From assembly GCF_033153115.1 (NCBI RefSeq), contig NW_026889751.1:20956001-21020000 (forward strand): a stretch of DNA of 64,000 nucleotides. Reading direction: 5' to 3'. Positions 58,331 to 64,000 of this stretch are shown piece by piece. Position numbers and translations under genes: made by a program. This DNA is from Saccostrea echinata. Its lineage: Eukaryota. Below the pieces are notes generated by a model. It was not told the origin of the DNA, searched no databases, and was given only the letters and a program-made list of their open reading frames with translations. Each line of letters begins with the position of its first letter. Positions within the stretch are counted from its first letter, which is position 1.

Positions 58331-59107
58331 GAATAACTTTTGGAGTTTCTGAGTTTTGACTTTCACATTTGGTACTGTAACTTCTTTAAAAGTATCAAGG
58401 TTATGTTCATATAGGAAAACATTAATCTTTTTGGTTTAAGATTTTCTAATTTTAGATCAATTTTTCATGTTTTGGAGGCATGGGTTTTACGTTTGTGGAA
58501 AAATTCCTTGATGCAATGTCAGATTCAGCACCTAACAGATTGAATTAGGTCAAGGTCATGATTAATGCAATTTTCTAAACCTTTGATATTATATTTACTG
58601 AATATTTTCTTTTTACACTTGTAAGGCTGAGGTCCACAGTTGTGTGGATTTTTTTAAAAACTAAATTACAATTCAGATTTTTTTAAAAACGAAATTACAA
58701 GTCAGATCCAGCAAAACTCCTATCATGTTGATCCTGGGTCAAGGAAACTTCAACCACAAAAAATTATCATTCAAACTGCTTTTACTATTTCAGTAAGATT
58801 TTAACTAGACGTAAAATGAATACAAAGGGAGCATTTTGACAGAGTTTTTTCGTTTGACAATTTTAACATCAATCCGTGCATACAAATTATTAATTTACTC
58901 TGAAAAACTTTTCTATTTGTAGGTGTACAAAATAAGAAATTGCAATTAGATTTATGAGATAAAGATAAAAAATGCCTTCTTATGAACTAGCTAAGAACAC
59001 CTGTGATATGTATTTTAAACGTTAAGTTTTTAGATACAAGTCTTTTTTTCATCCGAGTTTGGGGTAGGGGAAGTTCCATAACTTCCATAGTTAAAGAAAT
59101 CAAACTC

Positions 59108-59880
59108 AATTTTTACCTCTACTGACCAGAGAACCAGAAGAGTTCATGCGATAGTGAGTGTCCGTCGCCCGTCTGTCAGTCTGTTTGTCTGTCTAGCTGT
59201 CTGTTCACAATTTTTCAAAAATGTGATATCCTCCTATACATGTAGTTTTGTGCCGATTTCTGTATAATTTGGTAATCAGACTACACTAAGATACATGTAC
59301 ATAATTCCATTTATCAGTTTTCATTTCAAATAAAAGTTATGCCAAGGTTATTAAAAATAGAAATTTTCTGTTAATTTTTTTCAAAACACTACTTCTCTTA
59401 CAATTTTGATATATTTACAATAAAACTGTCTACAAGTAGCTTACACGAAGATATATGATTCTATTTATCGGTTTTTATTTTCGATGAACAATGTTGCCAT
59501 GGTTACAATAAGTAGACTTTTTTGTGAAATTCTTTCAAAATGCTACTCCTCCTACAATTTTGGTCTGATTTCAATATAACTTGGTACACAGATTACACTG
59601 ACTGAGATACATAATTCTGTCTATCGGTTTTTAATTTCGATGAAATGCCATAGTTACTAAGAGTAGAAATTTCTGTGAAATGCTTTCAAAATGCTACTTA
59701 TTGTACAGTTCTGGTCCGATTTAAAATAATTTTTCTTTAAAGAGGTAGACTATACATAATTCTATTCAGCGTTTTTTTGCTTTGCGATGGGTACTATAAA
59801 TAAAAAAAAAAAAATTCTGTGAAATTCTTTCAAAAAGCTACTCCTTCTACAGTTACTCAGATGGCAATAATCTTGCTATA
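59108..59880 (-). mobile_element. Degenerate HINE-like element with ~150 bp units
   Basis: GTCT/TCCG microsatellite, then repeated 'tttcaaaa.gctact' (59382, 59536, 59687, 59831). Confidence 0.55.
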
Positions 59881-60220
59881 CAAAGAAACTAAGGAATCAT
59901 TATTTTGTTTATTACTGTTGTCATAATTTCAAGTCCAAGTGCTTTGTTATAAGTACATACCAGTAAAGTTACAGTCTCATCAGAGACTTCCGGTCCATGA
60001 AAAGTATAAGAGGTAAAATGGTAAACACGAAAAAATTGCTGTCTACATACATAGTATACATGAACATATATTTTTGGAAGGAAGGGGGTTGTTATTTCAA
60101 ACTCATTCCCACTTATATATATCATATATGTTTTGGGGGTTTATTGTTTGGCGTGAGGGCAGGGATACTGGGTGCATGTGTTTAAAATTATTTTCTAAGG
60201 GCTGTCTTTTTTTTTAAGAA

Positions 60221-60371
60221 ATAAGGTATCATTTTTAAACTTTTATCGGGATGTAAATACGGGTTGGTCATGTGATCAAATTTCATAAAGCCCGAAGGGC
60301 TTTATGGTAGCGATGATCACGTGCCAACCCGTATTTATATCCCGATAAAAGTTTAAAAATGATACCCTATT
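60221..60371. mobile_element. Foldback MITE
   Basis: ggtatcatttttaaacttttatcgggat...cataaagccc-gaa-gggctttatg...atcccgataaaagtttaaaaatgatacc. Confidence 0.85.
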
Positions 60372-63300
60372 ACTTATATTATTGGGTTGACTGGTTTATT
60401 ACAAATAGTTGGGTCCTTCAGTTTTCAATCCATTGAATATTTTTTTCAAACTTCAACGGTATAAATTGAATATGTTGAGCGTGTCGATCACTTATGACGT
60501 CACTATGAAATTACGTAGATCGTTTATGACTAAACAATCAATTTATGGTCACATGACGAACCTGTTTTTACACAGGTGTAAAAACGACTTGTTCAAATAG
60601 CGCTATCTAAGGGAAAACATATACAATAATAAAACATTGGAAAGGGAGAGGAGAGTCAGGACCCCCTGATCCATTTGCTGGATTTGCCGTCGCAATATGT
60701 TACTCAAAAGTATTTTTATTTAAATATGCGTATTTTTTAAACAAAAAAAAATCGTCAGTAAAATTTGATTTATATAAAAGGTGTGCCATTTCATATTTAT
60801 TGGTTTGTTTATTACTTTTTATGTTGAAGCTGCATGATTGATAATCTTACCCTATGAATTATAACTTTTTAAGTAATTTATAAATTTATTTTTGATTTAT
60901 TTTTTCCGTGAATCGATTGACCCAGTAAACAATATTCTTAATTTATCAGCTGACTATCCTTGACACTGAAGAAATGAAGTCCATTCGACTTGTTGTATTT
61001 ACATAGTATAATATTTTTTGTATTTTGAGAAAATATATGACAAGCTCGAGAACACTTATTTTGATTAGAATTTATAAAAGATACAGTACATGTATTTGGC
61101 TAACATACACGCACAATTTATATGTTTGTTAGTTAAACCATGGGAAGACTTCTCAAAGCTGGAAGAATTGTATGCATTTTTTTTTGTATTTTATACAAAA
61201 AACACCTTCATGAAAATCCCTTGGCATATTCATTTCAAAACTGAAATAGGAAAGACGCCCAAATGAAACTCCAGCGATTTTCGCACCTAAAATCAGGGAC
61301 TTCTATACGTCCTTGCTATTAAAATTAAAAAAAATCATTAATTCTTCACTACAAAATGTGTATCACTCAGGCTCATTGTGCAAGGGAGGGAGGTCTGACC
61401 CTTTTTGATAAAACTTTTTGTTATTAAGTTTGTAAAGTATAAGGACATTTTTATTCTTCACACTGAAAGTTCGGTTACTCCCCCCCCCCCCCCCCCCCAA
61501 CCACCAACACCACCACTTTTCGTTGTAGTATGATTGTGCCCCCCCCCCCCCCCCGGCATGAATGTTTTTCGAGTTTGTTCGATCCTCTCCCTTTGTTTTG
61601 GTCAATCATTTTCCTGACTGCACCCTACCTTCTCTTTGAAAACAGATAAAATATGACTGTCACTCCTATATGATTCACTGAATTTCCCTATAATTTCCAT
61701 ATAAAAGTACAATATTTCTGTTTACCATTTTCCCAGCTTTGGATGAAAAAGAAAACAAATGAAGTGACACTGTTACTCGGTTGAATAAGATGTATTTTTG
61801 GATCTACGTGATCAATTCCCGATATTATTGATGGATTAGGAAAGCCACGCCTTTCTTTGACGCACCGGAACTGACGAGATTTTTTTTTCATCTTTAACTC
61901 TAGCATCTTTTGTTACTTTTGGTTCATTTTCTTGTTAATGGCATCTCTTTAACCGAAACCGCTATTTTTTGATGCAACAGTAACAACATTTTCTTTCATA
62001 TTTTTGTTACTTGTATATGATTCATTAGTTATTCCAAATTAGCATCTTTTGCCCTTAGTATTTCCTACATAAACATCCATCAAACGCAATATTTCATTTT
62101 TTTTTCTTACTTTTTTTTTCTTTAAAAAATTATAGTTAAATAGTCCTTTTGCGCGTTTTGATGCAGAATAAAAAATGTTTTGATAAAGGACATACGTCCT
62201 TCTGTCATAAGGTTTATTTTGATGATCTGAATCGCTGTATCTAATGTTGCTATGCCCCAAATGCGTTAAAAATCACCTTTGATTTCAGATATCGTTTGGA
62301 GAGTGGATTATCTTTTAAAATGGGGTTGCTATGACATTGTGCTGAATTAACTCAATTATATGCAAATTTTACTAGATCGTTTAGATTATCTATCTATCTG
62401 ATCCCTTTATATCTTTTAAATTTTCTCGAAATCCCCATGTTTTTTCTCTCTCTCCGAATTTTGTCACGTGCTTTGATACATTTCATTCATTTATGCAATA
62501 ATGTAATGGGAAAAAAGAAAAATAGTCCCCAAATCAAAAGAGTCCATTTCACACCGTGTGGTTCCAACTTATTATAACTACTTCATTTGTAACCGCTAAA
62601 TTTGTTGAAGCCATTCTTTGACACGAATATCTGACATATGTAAAGTTCGTTGGCTATTTGCCCTGTATCAGTTCTGAACAGGTAGTTTGATTTATGAGCA
62701 CACTTTATCTCTTTTTTATGAATTTCATGCCACAATTAATACACCAAGAAAAAAAACACTTTATTTTGATTTAAATAAATCATACTAAAAATAACAAATT
62801 AAAACAATTTCATGCTTTCGCACACTGAATATGAAATATCTATATGTAACTATTAACTTCGTCTTGTATCCATCACTCATGGATATTTTCTGAAGTACAT
62901 ACGTACGATGATGTATATATACTCGTACATTACCATTATGCAGTTTTTTTTAAGACAAAGGTGGCGCGAATGCACGCAGTTTAGTTTCATGTTGCATTGC
63001 GTGCTGTTGATATTTGTCATTTGCATTTTTGTCAAATTTGTCAAGGGCAAAATTTCAATTTAGTCGGAAGTTGGTTCCTCTTTCTGTAATTTAGTATAAC
63101 TCTGAGAGCATGGCCGTAGGAACCGGGGGGGGGGGGGGGGGGCACGGGGGCACCCCCAATAATTTTGCCGATATATAGAATACTATAGGAAAAAAAATAG
63201 CTACTGCTGCTCAATAATAACGTCTGATGACCTCTTTTTTTCTTTTCTTTTCTTTTTTAATTTTTTTTCTTTTTCTTTTTGCTTGTCAAGGAATTTTTGG

Positions 63301-64000
63301 TAGTTGATAGTGCCCCCCAACTGTAAACGTATGGTTGTGCCCCCCCCCCCAACCACCACCACTGAAATTGCTTCCTACGGGCCTGGAGAGGAAACGTATA
63401 AATCTAAAGTTAGAATTGAAATGCGCACACCGCACATTTTCGACTGTACCTATAATAAACGGCGCAAATTAAGCATGGGAAAGAAGGTGAAAAGCTGTGG
63501 TTTCAAAGGAGGGTTTCAAAAGAGATATACTCGTAATAATTGTACATATATACGAGTACATGTACTTTCAACCAAAATATGTTTAAGAACAAAATTATTA
63601 CTTCTCATTTTGAATTCAGAATATTTTGATTGAATGTCAACAACAAAAAAATCAAGCAACAATACTGATAGTCCTGAAAGCATAAAAATAATGAACAAAA
63701 TAATTGACTACAATCTTAAAAGCTTGTCTTTCCTTGTCTAATATCTGTTGTCGGGTTCTCGAACTCTTATTTAATCTGGAATTTAACACCTGTTTTATTT
63801 ACCACCCTTAATGGATGGGAGTTCACGATAGCCTCCCACACGCCATAATAATTTATAGAGATAATTTGTGTATTCTTCAAATTTCAAACAGGTTTTTGTT
63901 TACATCTTAGCGTTATGTACTTTATAACTGATAATATGAGAAATGAGATTCTTTTCTATATATGGAAACCCATTATTGAAAAGGAGAAAAATAGCTGATT

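Noticed and set aside
60400-64000. Short ORFs such as 61688-61906 and 63304-63633
   Set aside because: No recognisable domain or consistent exon chain; mostly AT-rich or poly-G/C repeat remnants.

Overview
AT-rich eukaryotic (metazoan) genomic DNA with spliceosomal introns. The repeat content and gene families suggest a bivalve, probably an oyster; this is inference. The left half is a tandem segmental duplication (about 2440-17480 and 17958-28490), each copy carrying an uninterrupted acyl-CoA synthetase ORF on the minus strand. The first copy also holds an apparently intact, very recent tyrosine-recombinase retrotransposon of the Ngaro/DIRS type (10727-16731, minus). It has identical split direct repeats (A1...B1-A2-spacer-B2), gag, RT/RNase H, tyrosine recombinase and an extra SGNH hydrolase ORF. 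Its pol frame has no usable ATG and overlaps the gag end at a UUU_CGG motif resembling viral +1 frameshift sites. Its hydrolase ORF looks reachable only by splicing. The right half holds a 6-coding-exon Speedy/RINGO gene (needing a GC-AG intron) and a 14-coding-exon HRD1/SYVN1 gene. SYVN1 has an antisense B-box/coiled-coil/NHL gene nested in intron 11 and a minisatellite that amplifies one of its own splice donors about 15 times. The rest is Helentron/pearl-like satellite-carrying elements, MITEs and foldbacks, a tRNA-derived SINE and decayed retroelement fragments. Nothing coding can be supported in 60.4-64 kb.
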